The notes beneath the pieces were generated by a model. The model saw nothing but the letters and a program-made list of their open reading frames with translations. It made no database searches and was not told the DNA's origin. Shown here in pieces: positions 10,013 through 21,182 of a stretch of DNA of 64,000 bases. The stretch is from Bacteroidota bacterium (GTDB taxonomy: Bacteria; Bacteroidota; Ignavibacteria; Kapaibacteriales; UBA961). A program made the position numbers and the translations under genes. Location of the stretch: the NCBI GenBank assembly GCA_020852855.1, contig JADZAA010000049.1, positions 67,449 through 131,448 on the forward strand. Reading direction: 5' to 3'. Within the stretch, counting starts at the first letter, position 1. Every line of letters begins with the position of its first letter.

Positions 10013-10933
10013 ATGGAGCAACCAAGTATTATCGTAATTGCCGGGCCGACTGCCGCCGGCAAAACCGCTACCGCATTAGCCGTAGCCGAACGGTTAGGAG
10101 ATTGTGCCGTAATTTCGGCCGATTCGCGCCAAATATACCGTTGCCTCGATATTGGAACAGCAAAGCCGACACCTGAAGAACGCACAACGTGTCCGCATTT
10201 TTTTATTGATATTCTTAATCCCGACGAATATTACAGTGCGGGGCGATTTGCGGACGAAGCCTCTGCCGTTATTCGTAATATGCAGGCGGCAGGCAAGCGA
10301 CCGATTGTAGTCGGCGGTACGGGATTGTACATTGCATCTGTTTTCGAGGGGATTTTTAACGAGCCGCAAGGCGATTATACCGCTGTGCGCGAGGAGCTGA
10401 ACAAGCGAATGGAAAACGAAGGACGTGAGGCTCTTTATGCCGAACTCGACGTAATTGACCCGGCGGCTGCCTTGCGCTATTCGGATAAAAATCCGCGCCG
10501 CATATTACGCGCCTTAGAATTTTATTATGCTACCGGCAGTAAATTCTCCGAATTTTCGGCTAGTAGACCGGCAACCGAATTTCAGGCAAAATACTACGGA
10601 ATTACGCCTGCCTTACGTGGCGAACTTTATGCAAGAATAAATCGCCGCAGCGAAGAAATGTGGAATGGCGGTCTGCCCGAAGAAACCGAACGTATACTTG
10701 CAATGGGCTATTCGCCGGAACTGAACGCACTGAACACTGTGGGCTACAAAGAAACAATCGCATATTTGCGGAATGAAATATCTGCCGAGCAAGCTTTGGA
10801 ATCTATTCAACGGCATACGCGAAATTACGCGAAAAGGCAAATTACTTGGCTCCGTCGCAATGCTTCGATTAAGTGGTTGTGCGGCACTGCCAACGAAAAC
10901 GCTGCGGCAATAGCGGCAGAACTCGAACAGTAA
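10013..10933 (+). CDS. miaA: tRNA dimethylallyltransferase
   Basis: IIVIAGPTAAGKTATALAVAERLG (P-loop) and ISADSRQIYRCLDIGTAKPT are present. The length is 306 aa. Confidence 0.9.
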   Translation: MEQPSIIVIAGPTAAGKTATALAVAERLGDCAVISADSRQIYRCLDIGTAKPTPEERTTCPHFFIDILNPDEYYSAGRFADEASAVIRNMQAAGKRPIVVGGTGLYIASVFEGIFNEPQGDYTAVREELNKRMENEGREALYAELDVIDPAAALRYSDKNPRRILRALEFYYATGSKFSEFSASRPATEFQAKYYGITPALRGELYARINRRSEEMWNGGLPEETERILAMGYSPELNALNTVGYKETIAYLRNEISAEQALESIQRHTRNYAKRQITWLRRNASIKWLCGTANENAAAIAAELEQ

Positions 10934-11045
10934 TTTGACGGTAAGCCGGGCACCAAACAAAAAATGGCTTTTCGTATCCCAAAACGATTGTTTTACAAAC
11001 TTTTCCGATATGAATATAATTATTGTAAATCATGCTGACGAAACA

Positions 11046-13313
11046 ATGTCCGATTTTTTGCAAGAGCTCAACCCGTCGCAACTTAAAGCTGTAAGACATA
11101 CGGAAGGCCCGCTTTTGATAATTGCCGGCGCCGGCAGCGGAAAAACTCGCGTATTAACGTATCGAATTGCTTATTTACTGCGGGAAGGCGTTGCACCGCA
11201 TCAGATACTCGCATTAACATTCACCAATAAAGCGGCCGGTGAAATGAAAGAGCGTATTGCCCATGTTACCGGCGAGCGTGCGGCTTCGCAAGTATGGGCC
11301 GGAACATTTCACTCGATATTTGCGCGCCTATTGCGCTACGAAGCAGAACATCTCGATTATACGTCGTCGTATTCTATCTACGATGCGGAGGATTCGCTTT
11401 CCGTAGTGAAAAATATTATGAACTCTATGGGATATTCGCAACAGCAATTTCCGCCGCAGGCTGTTCGCGGGCGCATTTCTTCGGCAAAAAATCAAATGAT
11501 AGGCCCGCGTGAATATGCTGCGCAAGCGTCTAATCTTGCGGAGCGGCAAACTGCCGAAATATACATTCGATACGAAGAGCGTTTGCGGGCGAACAATGCG
11601 ATGGATTTTGACGATATTTTGTTGAATATGATACGCTTGTTGCAACGCTATCCCGAAATTCTGCAAAAATATCGTGAGCGTTTTCGCTACATAATGGTAG
11701 ATGAGTATCAGGATACCAACAGAGCGCAATACACGGCAATTCGTATGCTTGCCGGCGGGCATAACAATATAGCGGTTGTGGGTGATGATGCGCAGAGCAT
11801 TTACAAGTGGCGCGGTGCCGACATACGCAATATACTCGATTTTCAGAAAGATTATCCTAATGCCGAAACAGTAAAATTAGAGCGTAATTATCGCTCTACA
11901 AAGGCTATACTTGCAGCAGCCGATTCCGTTATCAAGCGCAATAAACGGCAGCTGGATAAAACACTTTGGACGGAGAACTCCGACGGCGAGCCTGTGCGCG
12001 TTATTCAGGCATGGGACGACCGCCAAGAAGCGGCTCAAATAGCCGAGATTATTCGCTGCGAAATAAGCGAAAATTTTCGGAACATGCGTGATTTTGCCGT
12101 ACTTTACCGTACAAATGCACAGTCGCAGGCACTTGAAGATGCTTTGCGTCGTGCGTCGTTGCGATACACGATAGTGGGCGGAATGTCGTTCTACAAGCGC
12201 AAAGAAATAAAGGACGTTTTATCTTATTTAAGGCTTTTGGTTAATCAATCCGACAGCGAAAGTTTGCTTAGAATTATCAATGAGCCGTCGCGTGGTTTAG
12301 GCTCGGTTTCGCTCGGATATTTGCAGGATTTCGCAACGCGAGAGAATATACCGCTGTTCGAGGCATTTATGCGGGTAGCCGATGTACCGGCACTTATGCC
12401 GCGCGCTCGTAAATCGGCAGCCGATTTTGCGGCTTTTATCAGGCGTTTTGCAGAGAGGGTGCAACGCGGCGAATCCATTGTAGAAATAGCTGTTGAATAC
12501 ATAGAAGCAACCGGTATGCCGAATGTATTGCGCGAAGAGCGCACCGACGAAGCAGAAGACAGACTGCGAAATATAGAGCGCGTACTGTCGAATATCGGTG
12601 AATATGCCGCGCATGAAGATAACCCTACACTCGAGGGCTTTCTGCAACAAATATCGCTTGCGGCCGATATAGACGATACGGACGCTTCGGCCAACGCAGT
12701 AACCTTGATGACACTTCATTCCGCAAAAGGCTTGGAATTTCCGACTGTGTTTGTTGCCGGCTTGGAACAAGGGCTGTTTCCGCTTGCAAGAACCGAGAAC
12801 GACCCCGACGAAAAAGAAGAGGAAAGACGCTTGTTCTATGTGGGAATAACTCGCGCCTGCAAACAACTGTTTCTCAGCTATGCCGAGCGCCGTTTTCGTT
12901 TCGGCGAATTGGCTTTCAACGAACCGTCTTGTTTTTTGGACGAAATTCCAAGTGATACTTTGGAATGGAAGCGCGGCGATTCATTGCGCCGAACGCCGAA
13001 ATCGGCCGATGCGTCGCGTCCCGCACCGTTTATTACACGGCATAACAGTCAATTTACAAAGCCGGCACGCACCGAAAAGCCGTTCTACGATGATATTCCG
13101 CGCAACGAGTCGTATTCGCAACTGCCGCCCCCCGCAAATTCGCGCCCGAATATTCGTGCCGGACAAAGGGTGCGCCATGCGCAATTCGGTATAGGAACAG
13201 TAAATTCCGTAGTAGAGCGAACCAGCGGCGAATGGCAGGCGGTTGTGCAGTTCCAAAACGTTGGACGCAAGCAATTATTGCTACGATACGCCAAGTTGGA
13301 AATAATCGGCTGA
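11046..13313 (+). CDS. ATP-dependent DNA helicase, UvrD/PcrA/Rep family
   Basis: [38 protein letters not shown] (Walker A) and the helicase motifs DEYQDTN and VGDDAQSIY are present. The start was chosen at the internal ATG (M38) to avoid overlap with miaA, so the start is uncertain. Confidence 0.85.
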   Translation: MSDFLQELNPSQLKAVRHTEGPLLIIAGAGSGKTRVLTYRIAYLLREGVAPHQILALTFTNKAAGEMKERIAHVTGERAASQVWAGTFHSIFARLLRYEAEHLDYTSSYSIYDAEDSLSVVKNIMNSMGYSQQQFPPQAVRGRISSAKNQMIGPREYAAQASNLAERQTAEIYIRYEERLRANNAMDFDDILLNMIRLLQRYPEILQKYRERFRYIMVDEYQDTNRAQYTAIRMLAGGHNNIAVVGDDAQSIYKWRGADIRNILDFQKDYPNAETVKLERNYRSTKAILAAADSVIKRNKRQLDKTLWTENSDGEPVRVIQAWDDRQEAAQIAEIIRCEISENFRNMRDFAVLYRTNAQSQALEDALRRASLRYTIVGGMSFYKRKEIKDVLSYLRLLVNQSDSESLLRIINEPSRGLGSVSLGYLQDFATRENIPLFEAFMRVADVPALMPRARKSAADFAAFIRRFAERVQRGESIVEIAVEYIEATGMPNVLREERTDEAEDRLRNIERVLSNIGEYAAHEDNPTLEGFLQQISLAADIDDTDASANAVTLMTLHSAKGLEFPTVFVAGLEQGLFPLARTENDPDEKEEERRLFYVGITRACKQLFLSYAERRFRFGELAFNEPSCFLDEIPSDTLEWKRGDSLRRTPKSADASRPAPFITRHNSQFTKPARTEKPFYDDIPRNESYSQLPPPANSRPNIRAGQRVRHAQFGIGTVNSVVERTSGEWQAVVQFQNVGRKQLLLRYAKLEIIG

Positions 13314-13386
13314 GAACGTAAAAGTCATCTTAATTTTGCGCTTTGAAAAAAACTTTATTTTGAAAAATCGAACAAATCAAACAGCT

Positions 13387-14523
13387 ATGCAATACCCGCG
13401 CCGGCCTGCAGTTCTTGCTCTCGAAAACGGAATGACTTTTCACGGTTTCGCTTTTGGCGACCTCGATGCCGAAGCAAAGGGCGAAATAGTATTCAATACC
13501 GCCATGAGCGGCTATCAGGAAATTTTGACCGACCCAAGCTACAAAGGTCAGGTTATGACTTTTACTTATCCGCATATCGGTAATTACGGAATAAATCCCG
13601 ACGATGACGAATCGGAAGCTTTTCAGACCGAAGGAGTTATTGTAAGGGAAATTGCAAAAAACCATTCTAATTGGCGTGCCGTAAAATCTTTGCCCGAATG
13701 GATGGTCGAAAACAATAAAATCGGTATTGAAGAAGTGGATACTCGCGCTCTCGTTCGAATATTGCGAAGCGCGGGCGTGATGCGCGGCATTATTTCGGCC
13801 GGCGACCTTGATGCCGCACGGCTAACGGAAAGAGCACGTGCCATTCCTTCTATGGAAGGTTGCGATTTAACGGGTAGCGTTACAGTAAATAAGCCGTATC
13901 GTTGGGAGCCCGCCAACGTTCCTCTTGGCTACCCGGCCGTTCGTACAGAACAGCGCAGGTTTCGCGTTGCCGCATTCGATTTCGGCATTAAACGTAATAT
14001 ACTAAGGCGTTTATCCGCTTGGGGTTGCGATGTTACTGTATATCCGGCTGCTACTTCCGCCGAGACGGTTTTGGCTGAAAATCCCGATGGAATTTTTCTC
14101 TCGAACGGCCCCGGCGATCCCGCGGCTGTAGTCTATGCCGTAGAAACAGTAAAAAAACTAATCGGTATTAAGCCGATATTCGGAATATGTTTAGGTCATC
14201 AACTTTTGGGGCTTGCTTTCGGGGCCAAAACCTATAAACTGAAATTCGGGCACCGCGGCGCTAATCATCCGGTTCGTTACGAGCCTTCCGGTGCAGTAGA
14301 AATAAGTTCGCAAAATCACGGATTTGCCGTTGATGCAACTACTTTGCCGGCAAACATAATTCCGACTCATTTTAATTTGAACGACAATACATTGGCTGGA
14401 ATGAGGCACGCGGAATTACCTGTATTCTCAGTGCAATATCACCCCGAAGCATCGCCCGGGCCGCATGATTCGGATTATCTTTTCGGCCAATTTATTGAAA
14501 TGATGGCCGAGTATAGCCGATAA
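13387..14523 (+). CDS. carA: Carbamoyl-phosphate synthase small (glutamine amidotransferase) subunit
   Basis: The CPSase small N-terminal domain is followed by a GATase domain with [14 protein letters not shown] and the downstream H...E. The start is at the ATG at 13387; the ORF-track start at 13336 is probably too far upstream. Confidence 0.85.
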   Translation: MQYPRRPAVLALENGMTFHGFAFGDLDAEAKGEIVFNTAMSGYQEILTDPSYKGQVMTFTYPHIGNYGINPDDDESEAFQTEGVIVREIAKNHSNWRAVKSLPEWMVENNKIGIEEVDTRALVRILRSAGVMRGIISAGDLDAARLTERARAIPSMEGCDLTGSVTVNKPYRWEPANVPLGYPAVRTEQRRFRVAAFDFGIKRNILRRLSAWGCDVTVYPAATSAETVLAENPDGIFLSNGPGDPAAVVYAVETVKKLIGIKPIFGICLGHQLLGLAFGAKTYKLKFGHRGANHPVRYEPSGAVEISSQNHGFAVDATTLPANIIPTHFNLNDNTLAGMRHAELPVFSVQYHPEASPGPHDSDYLFGQFIEMMAEYSR

Positions 14524-14563
14524 AAATATGAGTTGCATTTTTACATAGACATAATCCAAGACA

Positions 14564-14845
14564 ATGCCGGAAACTTTCGTTACAATTATCGGTACAGTAG
14601 CCGCTTGTTGCACTTCTTTCGGATTAGCGCCGCAGGCATTTCGTGTGTGGCGTACAAAAGAAACGGAACAACTCTCGCTCGGTGCATTCGGACTTATGCT
14701 GACAGGTACAATCTTATGGCTGTGTTACGGCATCTTTCGATTTGACGCGGTACTAATTGCCGCAAATATTATCCCTCTTTTTTTCGTCAGTTATGTTTTC
14801 ATCGAAAAAGCTCGTGCGCTGAATAAAAGCACAAATGAATTGTAG
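14564..14845 (+). CDS. SemiSWEET / PQ-loop (MtN3-like) small sugar transporter
   Basis: 93 aa with 3 TM segments and the PQ motif LAPQAFRVWRTKETEQLSLG. Confidence 0.7.
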   Translation: MPETFVTIIGTVAACCTSFGLAPQAFRVWRTKETEQLSLGAFGLMLTGTILWLCYGIFRFDAVLIAANIIPLFFVSYVFIEKARALNKSTNEL

Positions 14846-14959
14846 AAATTATACCGACAATAGATCATTTACAAGTATTATACATTTAGTTGTACGGTAT
14901 ACGCGGTTGCTTCGCAAAGCGATCCGAAATTTGTTTGATGTAAATTTCCAATGTAGAAG

Positions 14960-16261
14960 TTAATTTTTGTAATGATATTTTTCCGCAATCTGCACAGCCG
15001 GAGCCAGCCGATATTCGCCGAATCCCATATCATCAATAAAAGTAAATCGCCGGTTGTCGGCCATTGTCCAACGAACTATATTGCGGCCGTTAGCAGGCAC
15101 GGGAGGTGTTCGCTCTATATTGACGGGCGGCCCGAATACCACATAAACCGCGCCCATATCGCTTAACCAGCCTTCGCGGAATGTCCGAAAATTTTGATTT
15201 GCATATTCGACGCGCCCGTAGTATTCTTCAAATGCTTCGTTGCGCTCGGTGCCGGGGGTCGGGTCAAGTTTTTGCCAAAATTCGTCAAATAAACGACGCT
15301 TTTCGTCGGGCAGTTCCGCGTCTTCTATATTATCAATTTCAGATTGAGAAGCTACATACATCATTTGCCGTATGAGTTTATCCAAATCCTTGCCGGCAGC
15401 GTCGGCGGCAGATCGCTCAATCACAATCGGTCGCAACGAAACAGACAATATATCGGCCGTAGAATATGAAGCGGTTTTATCGCCTGTTTTCAACATTATT
15501 ACGCGAAGTGAGTAGTTGCCCGCCGGACGCGATTTTTGCGGCGGAACGGGTAAGTAATGTTGTGTAACGTCGCCTTTGGTATTTTGTTTTGTACGCTCGC
15601 CTCGTTGAACAGATATTCCTTTTGCATCCAATATTTCATAAATAAAATCGGCTTCTTCTACGTCGCTCGTATTGTTGTAGGTTTCAAAGAATATAAAAAA
15701 CGATTCAGTTAATCGGCTAACAATGGTTGATATGTATGGCGTAATTATGTATTTTCCATTGTGTTCCTCGATTGAGCTTACAGTTAAAAGGCCGCTCATC
15801 TCAAATAATTTGGAGCGATATTGCGGAATTAGTACCGTCAAAGATATGCCGATATTCCGCTTGGCTACGGCATCGGTCGCTATAATTTCCGCATTTACTT
15901 TTCCGGAGGATAAATAAAATACCGTTTGCGAGTAATCGGCCGCACCGTTTATTCCGCGAGAGGCCTCGTAGTCGGGTGCAATGCAACGTCGAGTAAGATT
16001 TTGCTGCCGTATTTTACGCCCCGTTGAATCGCGCAGAGTGATAACCGCCTCGTATTCGGCAATATAATTATCTGCAGATTTGACAAACTGCAATGAAGAA
16101 TATGGTACGGCCAGATAAACGTCAAGACGATTCGCACTGTCGGCTGTACCGCGAAACCATACCGCGTCTGCTATCAGCGTTTGCGCGTTTCGAACCTGTG
16201 CGGCAACAGAACTTGCCGCCGCAAGAAAGATGAAACAAAAATATAATAAGCGAAAAGCCAT
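14960..16261 (-). CDS. GWxTD domain-containing secreted protein
   Basis: A signal peptide is followed, at the C-terminus, by EGWLSDMGAVYVVFGPP...RWTMADNRRFTFIDDMGFGEYRL. This is the GWxTD motif typical of Bacteroidota/Chlorobi. Confidence 0.75.
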   Translation of the reverse strand: MAFRLLYFCFIFLAAASSVAAQVRNAQTLIADAVWFRGTADSANRLDVYLAVPYSSLQFVKSADNYIAEYEAVITLRDSTGRKIRQQNLTRRCIAPDYEASRGINGAADYSQTVFYLSSGKVNAEIIATDAVAKRNIGISLTVLIPQYRSKLFEMSGLLTVSSIEEHNGKYIITPYISTIVSRLTESFFIFFETYNNTSDVEEADFIYEILDAKGISVQRGERTKQNTKGDVTQHYLPVPPQKSRPAGNYSLRVIMLKTGDKTASYSTADILSVSLRPIVIERSAADAAGKDLDKLIRQMMYVASQSEIDNIEDAELPDEKRRLFDEFWQKLDPTPGTERNEAFEEYYGRVEYANQNFRTFREGWLSDMGAVYVVFGPPVNIERTPPVPANGRNIVRWTMADNRRFTFIDDMGFGEYRLAPAVQIAEKYHYKN

Positions 16262-16344
16262 GCCGGAGTTCTACAAAGAATAACGAATATTTTAGTGCAA
16301 AACTACGAAACTATGACGCGGAAAAGCATCGGCTGACAAGGAAA

Positions 16345-18258
16345 TTACTGCATACGCTGTTGTACCACGCAAAGTGGTGCGGCTATGACGCTTTGTTGCG
16401 TAATGACTTTCACGGAGTATATTCCCGCTTGTAAATTTGATGTGGGGATAGTAATACTGCCACTCGTTATCTTTGCAGAGAATACTGCGTTGCCGAGTAA
16501 ATCGCAAACATACACCTGCGCCGTAGCCTCATTGTCGGAAAACCGCAAAATCACTTCATCGTCGGCTGGATTGGGAAATAACTCGAAAAATGGAACATTC
16601 GCCTCGCTTTGTTTTATGCCGGACGGAATTCCGGTTGTTTTGAAATTCCAAGCGGACGGAGCTTCGCGTGTCAGCGAAATATGCGTTTCTGCCGTGAGAG
16701 TATCGCTCGGAGCATATAAATCGCCGCCGGAGTTCGGATTTACGTCGAACATCGGGTAATTGCTTCCTGTGATTATCAGCCCTATGCGATGCCCGACGGG
16801 AAAAGTTATGGCCAAATCCGTAAGGCGAATTGTGGCCGAATCCGGCGCATCGGGCGTAATAAGTTGTTCTTTTTCAAGAGAATTTCTCAGGCGCAAACGT
16901 TGTATGCCCTGCGTCAGAATTATCCGGCGACCATCGGGATATACATTGCATAGACGTGCCGAAATATCGGCATCGCGGCGATTGCAGTCAAAATATATCT
17001 TAACCTCCGAAGAGCCGGCGAGAGTAACCGGCGCGGAAAGCGGCTCGGTGGAATAACTCAATACGTCGTTGCGCGGCAATAGCGCCGAAATATCTTGCGG
17101 CCCCAGAGCAATTGAGCGGTCGAAAGGATTGAAACGCGAGCCGCCTATAGTCGGAACGGGCTGTCGCGGATTGGCACGCAACGTATCAGGCGGAATTGGC
17201 CGAAAAGTAATCGGCGGCAGCTCAAAACTCAGCCTTCTGCCTTCGTGAAAATATAATGTGGCACTTTCTTTTGTTGCATTGTCCCATGATTCGGTTTCAC
17301 GCCAAATATTATCACCCATTTGATAATATCGAACCGGAGCAACGGATTCCCAGCCGTTCTGCTCGTCGCGCAAATAATAATCAAAAAATCTCATGCCGTC
17401 TTCAACGGGAATACCTGCGGCATTCGGGAAATTAAGAATACCTTGTTCCGACACCCCGATTGATGTATGCAACCAAGGTCCAAATAATAATTTATGCTTA
17501 CTGCGGACTCCAGAGGCACTGTTATTCCGAATATCGTCGAATGCACGCAAAACGCCGCCGGGATAATGGTCGAACCAGCCGCTGCACATAAACATCGGTA
17601 CGGCTATTTTTTTTGATAAATCCGTTAAATTATCCGCAAACTTCCAATATGAGTCGAGTGTGGGATGGGACAGAACAAGTTTTTCGGAGATAAACCCCAA
17701 TCCGGCAAGGCTTTGAACGTGTTCCTTGCGATAATTGCCGCCATAATAATAATCATTGTATTTGGTCTTGAAATCCTTGATAAAAGGTGCGGCGCATATT
17801 AAATGCGGCGGCTGTTGAGCGGCAGTCTGAAATTGAATTAGCCCCAATGCAGAACCGCCCCAAGTTCCTACTTTGCCGTTGCACCAAGTTTGACGGGCAA
17901 TCCATTCCACAATATCAAAACCATCAAGCCCGCGATTATACAGAGCCGAGTCGGATTTTTTATTGGCATAGAACCCGCGCCAATCCGCAATTACATAATT
18001 ATATTTTGCGGAATCGTATGGAACGCTCGCGCCGCTTTCAGAGCCGACTTTTCCTAACGAAAGGCGATACAAGGCCTTATTATAGGGGGTTTGTATTAAA
18101 ATTGTCGGGCGGCGAACGGAAGAGTCGGAAATATAGAGATCGGCAAGCAAATATTTCTTTTCGGAATTGGCAACTCTCGTTGGAATTAAAACTTCGCGGA
18201 ACTGCTGTGCGGTTGCCGTGCATATAGAAAATGCAAATGTAATGAAGAGAAGTTTCAT
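16345..18258 (-). CDS. CocE/NonD (S15, X-Pro dipeptidyl-peptidase-like) family hydrolase with a T9SS C-terminal sorting domain
   Basis: The signal peptide MKLLFITFAFSICTATAQQ starts at the ATG at 18258; the ORF-track start at 18309 is probably too far upstream. DLYISDSSVRRPTILIQTPYNK is the alpha/beta-hydrolase N-terminus. The C-terminal ~80 aa read FELFPNPADDEVILRFS...AGIYSVKVITQQ, which matches a T9SS sorting domain. Confidence 0.75.
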   Translation of the reverse strand: MKLLFITFAFSICTATAQQFREVLIPTRVANSEKKYLLADLYISDSSVRRPTILIQTPYNKALYRLSLGKVGSESGASVPYDSAKYNYVIADWRGFYANKKSDSALYNRGLDGFDIVEWIARQTWCNGKVGTWGGSALGLIQFQTAAQQPPHLICAAPFIKDFKTKYNDYYYGGNYRKEHVQSLAGLGFISEKLVLSHPTLDSYWKFADNLTDLSKKIAVPMFMCSGWFDHYPGGVLRAFDDIRNNSASGVRSKHKLLFGPWLHTSIGVSEQGILNFPNAAGIPVEDGMRFFDYYLRDEQNGWESVAPVRYYQMGDNIWRETESWDNATKESATLYFHEGRRLSFELPPITFRPIPPDTLRANPRQPVPTIGGSRFNPFDRSIALGPQDISALLPRNDVLSYSTEPLSAPVTLAGSSEVKIYFDCNRRDADISARLCNVYPDGRRIILTQGIQRLRLRNSLEKEQLITPDAPDSATIRLTDLAITFPVGHRIGLIITGSNYPMFDVNPNSGGDLYAPSDTLTAETHISLTREAPSAWNFKTTGIPSGIKQSEANVPFFELFPNPADDEVILRFSDNEATAQVYVCDLLGNAVFSAKITSGSITIPTSNLQAGIYSVKVITQQSVIAAPLCVVQQRMQ

Positions 18259-18489
18259 GGAAAAGATAAAAACGGTTGAAAAAACGCCGTTTAGAAACAG
18301 ATCTTGCAACTATAGGTTTAACTGCACGGTAAATTTATTCGGTGCAGAAAATTATATCGGAAAACAGTAGTCGTACATTCCTTAGTTTCATTTTTCGCAC
18401 CGTCCCGAAATTTCGTAATTTTGCGGCATCATCATAAAAATAACTTGTAAAACGTATTGCAGAGTTTTTTTCATTTTCACGTGTTTTTC

Positions 18490-20661
18490 ATGAAAAATAT
18501 TTCTTTTCCACTGCTTGTATCAAGTGCAGTTGCAACTATGTTGCTATCGTCTGTATGTGTATCGGCGCAGCATAATTTCCCGTCGCCCGATAATCCGCGA
18601 GGCATAAAACATACACCTGTCATCGAGTTGGTTGACAAATCCGAACATTCTAAAGCACCTACACTTTACAGTCACGGAGACCCGACTAACGACGAGCAAT
18701 ATACGCTTGAGCTTATCAACCGCGCTCGTGCCAACCCCAAAGAAGAGGGAAGTCGCCTGATGGATACGCCCGATCCCGAGGTACAATCTGCATATTCTTA
18801 TTTCAAAATAAATAAAGCGGCCACAAAGGCGGCGTTTGCGGGCTATCCGGAGCGTCCGCCATTGGCATTTAATGCCAAACTGATTGCGGCGGCACGCACA
18901 CACTCGGCCGATATGCGCGATAAAAATTATCAAGGTCATGACGGCACGGACGGCTCTACTTTTATGCAACGTATCAATAAAGCCGGTTACGTTTCCTCCG
19001 GTTACAGCGGCGAGAATGTTTCGGCTTATTCAAAAACATTATGGTACGGCCACTGCGGTTTTAATGTGGATTGGGGAGAGCAAAATCAAATAGAACTCGG
19101 ACATCGCTCTAATATCATGAATTTTGAAAATTATGTGTACAAAGAAATCGGCGTGGGAATTTATTACCGAACTCCAAGCGGTAACCAAACAGGGCCGTAT
19201 ATTATTACGCATGATTTCGGAACGCGCATGGATAATTTCCTTGTAGGCGTAGTCTACAAGGATAATAACAACAATAATTTCTACGACCCGGGCGAAGGTC
19301 TGGCAAATATTAAAATCACGGCCTCAAAAGGCGAGTACTATGCTATGACTTCGTCGTCGGGCGGCTATGCCATCCCCATAACCGGACTTTCGGGTTCTGT
19401 AACAGTAACGGCCGAAGGCGTAGGATTAGGCCAAACGCTGACCAAAAACGTTATGCTTGACGGCGGTAATAACGTAAAAGCCGATTTTACTTCGGCTTTG
19501 CCCGGTCAGGTAGCTCTAAAATATCCGTCGGACGGCGTACAGATAGAAACGCGCGATTTAACGCTTACATGGTACAAAACGCCAAAGGCTGTTGCATATT
19601 CTTTTGACCTTGCAACCGATGCAAAATTTACTGAAATCGTGAAAACAATCGCGAGTGTAAAAGATACATTTGTAGTACAAAACGGGCTTAAAAACGGTAC
19701 GCAATACTATTGGCGCGTTAAAGCGCAAACACCTACGGGCTGGGGCGATTATTCGCCCGTAAATACCTTCGAAGTATATATTTACCCTGAAACGCCCGGG
19801 CAAATTTATCCCGAAGAAGGTGCTGTTGTTACAACCAAATCCATTACTCTCAGCTGGAGCAATATCTTGCCGAAAGGTGAAGGTTTTTGGTTGGAAGTTG
19901 CCAAAGATTATACCTTTCTCTCAAAAGATATAATAGTAAGCGATTCTAATCTGAAAGACACGACTTTTACGCTGAGCAACCTCGAATATGACCAAGAATA
20001 TTATTGGCATGTAAAAGCGAAAAACGACGCTTTTTGGGGTGATTTTTCGGACGACCGACAATTTATCGTTCTGCAACTGCCCGCAAAACCCGGACTTCTT
20101 GCGCCTGCCGATAAGTATTCAACCTCGAACGGTACCGTAAAATGTACGTGGAAAATAGGTGAAGTTGCGGCTGATAATTTCCGGTTTGAACTTTCGAAAA
20201 CTGCCGATATGAAGCAGATAATGGAATCTGATTCTACCCTGATAGACACGTTCTACGTATGCGGTGCCGCGAACAAACTTGTTGCCGGAACATATTATTG
20301 GCGCGTTCAGTCCCAAAATTTTGCAGGCTGGAGTGAATTCAGCGAAATACGTCAATTTACAATAACGCCGTCGGGCGTTTCGGAAAACGAAAATTTCATT
20401 CGTAGTCTTAGCGCGTCCGTTTCTCCGCTTCCGGTGTCGGGTGCTGCCGCCATAAACTTTACGCTTCCTGCCGCCGGAGATATATCGGTAACTTTACTTG
20501 ATGTACGCGGACGTGAAATAGCGGAATTGGCGCACGGATTCCGTGCGGACGGCAAGAATATCGTTTCTTTCGACGTTTCGAATCTTGAAAACGGTACGTA
20601 TTTCTGCCGTATAGTTACCTCGCATGGAACCGGCACTTTGCAAATTGTCGTGGAACGATGA
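18490..20661 (+). CDS. CAP/SCP/PR1-like domain protein with FN3-like repeats and a T9SS sorting domain
   Basis: The signal peptide starts with MKNISFPLL at 18490. The CAP domain shows ELINRARANP...GHRSNIMNFENYVYKEIGVGIY. At least three repeats end YYWRVKAQ...GWGDYS, YYWHVKAK...FWGDFS and YYWRVQSQ...GWSEFS. The C-terminus is VSPLPVSGAAAINFTLPAAGDISVTLLDVRGREIA...GTYFCRIVTSHG. Confidence 0.75.
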   Translation: MKNISFPLLVSSAVATMLLSSVCVSAQHNFPSPDNPRGIKHTPVIELVDKSEHSKAPTLYSHGDPTNDEQYTLELINRARANPKEEGSRLMDTPDPEVQSAYSYFKINKAATKAAFAGYPERPPLAFNAKLIAAARTHSADMRDKNYQGHDGTDGSTFMQRINKAGYVSSGYSGENVSAYSKTLWYGHCGFNVDWGEQNQIELGHRSNIMNFENYVYKEIGVGIYYRTPSGNQTGPYIITHDFGTRMDNFLVGVVYKDNNNNNFYDPGEGLANIKITASKGEYYAMTSSSGGYAIPITGLSGSVTVTAEGVGLGQTLTKNVMLDGGNNVKADFTSALPGQVALKYPSDGVQIETRDLTLTWYKTPKAVAYSFDLATDAKFTEIVKTIASVKDTFVVQNGLKNGTQYYWRVKAQTPTGWGDYSPVNTFEVYIYPETPGQIYPEEGAVVTTKSITLSWSNILPKGEGFWLEVAKDYTFLSKDIIVSDSNLKDTTFTLSNLEYDQEYYWHVKAKNDAFWGDFSDDRQFIVLQLPAKPGLLAPADKYSTSNGTVKCTWKIGEVAADNFRFELSKTADMKQIMESDSTLIDTFYVCGAANKLVAGTYYWRVQSQNFAGWSEFSEIRQFTITPSGVSENENFIRSLSASVSPLPVSGAAAINFTLPAAGDISVTLLDVRGREIAELAHGFRADGKNIVSFDVSNLENGTYFCRIVTSHGTGTLQIVVER

Positions 20662-20701
20662 TGCGCATTTAGTTTGTCGTGCAATTTGCTTGTAGAAAAA
20701 T

Positions 20702-20740
20702 AGGCGGCTTAATAATAAAGCCGCCTGCTTTCTTTACTTT
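20702..20740 (+). terminator. Rho-independent terminator after the CAP-domain gene
   Basis: The hairpin AGGCGGCTT-aataataa-AAGCCGCCT is followed by a GCTTTCTTTACTTTT T-rich tract. Confidence 0.6.
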
Positions 20741-21182
20741 TGCACGAAATTAAATTTGAAGTTGTTCAAGATGATTTTTACAGTCGTAATTTGAATGGAT
20801 ATATTTGCCTCTGCAAGCTTTTCGTCTTTGCGTGAAAACTCCTGAATAATTTGGGCATTTTATTCTTGCCGATATACCGTAACGGCGGCACATCTGTCTT
20901 TCTATAACTCCCGTAGGGATTGTATATTGGTAGGAAGATGAAACCGGAGAAATATATCGTGTCCCGTACCGAACACTACATAAAAAAATATTCCTTTTGC
21001 TACTGCCGATATGTCGTGCCTGACGGCATAAGCTATACGTTTATCCGGCAGATATATCCTTAAAATGCAGGTTATATAAGCTAAAATAATTTAATCCAAA
21101 TATTTATTTTCTATATTTTTTAACGGCGAGCAAATTCTAAGTAGGTTCGCTGTTTTTTGATTTACTATATCTGTTCTTAAAA

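Noticed and set aside
20938-21063. 41-aa ORF (MKPEKYIVSRTEHYIKKYSFCYCRYVVPDGISYTFIRQIYP) in the AT-rich non-coding stretch of islet 1
   Set aside because: The RBS-like AGGAAG abuts the ATG with no spacer, and no motif supports it. AT-rich DNA generates such ORFs by chance.
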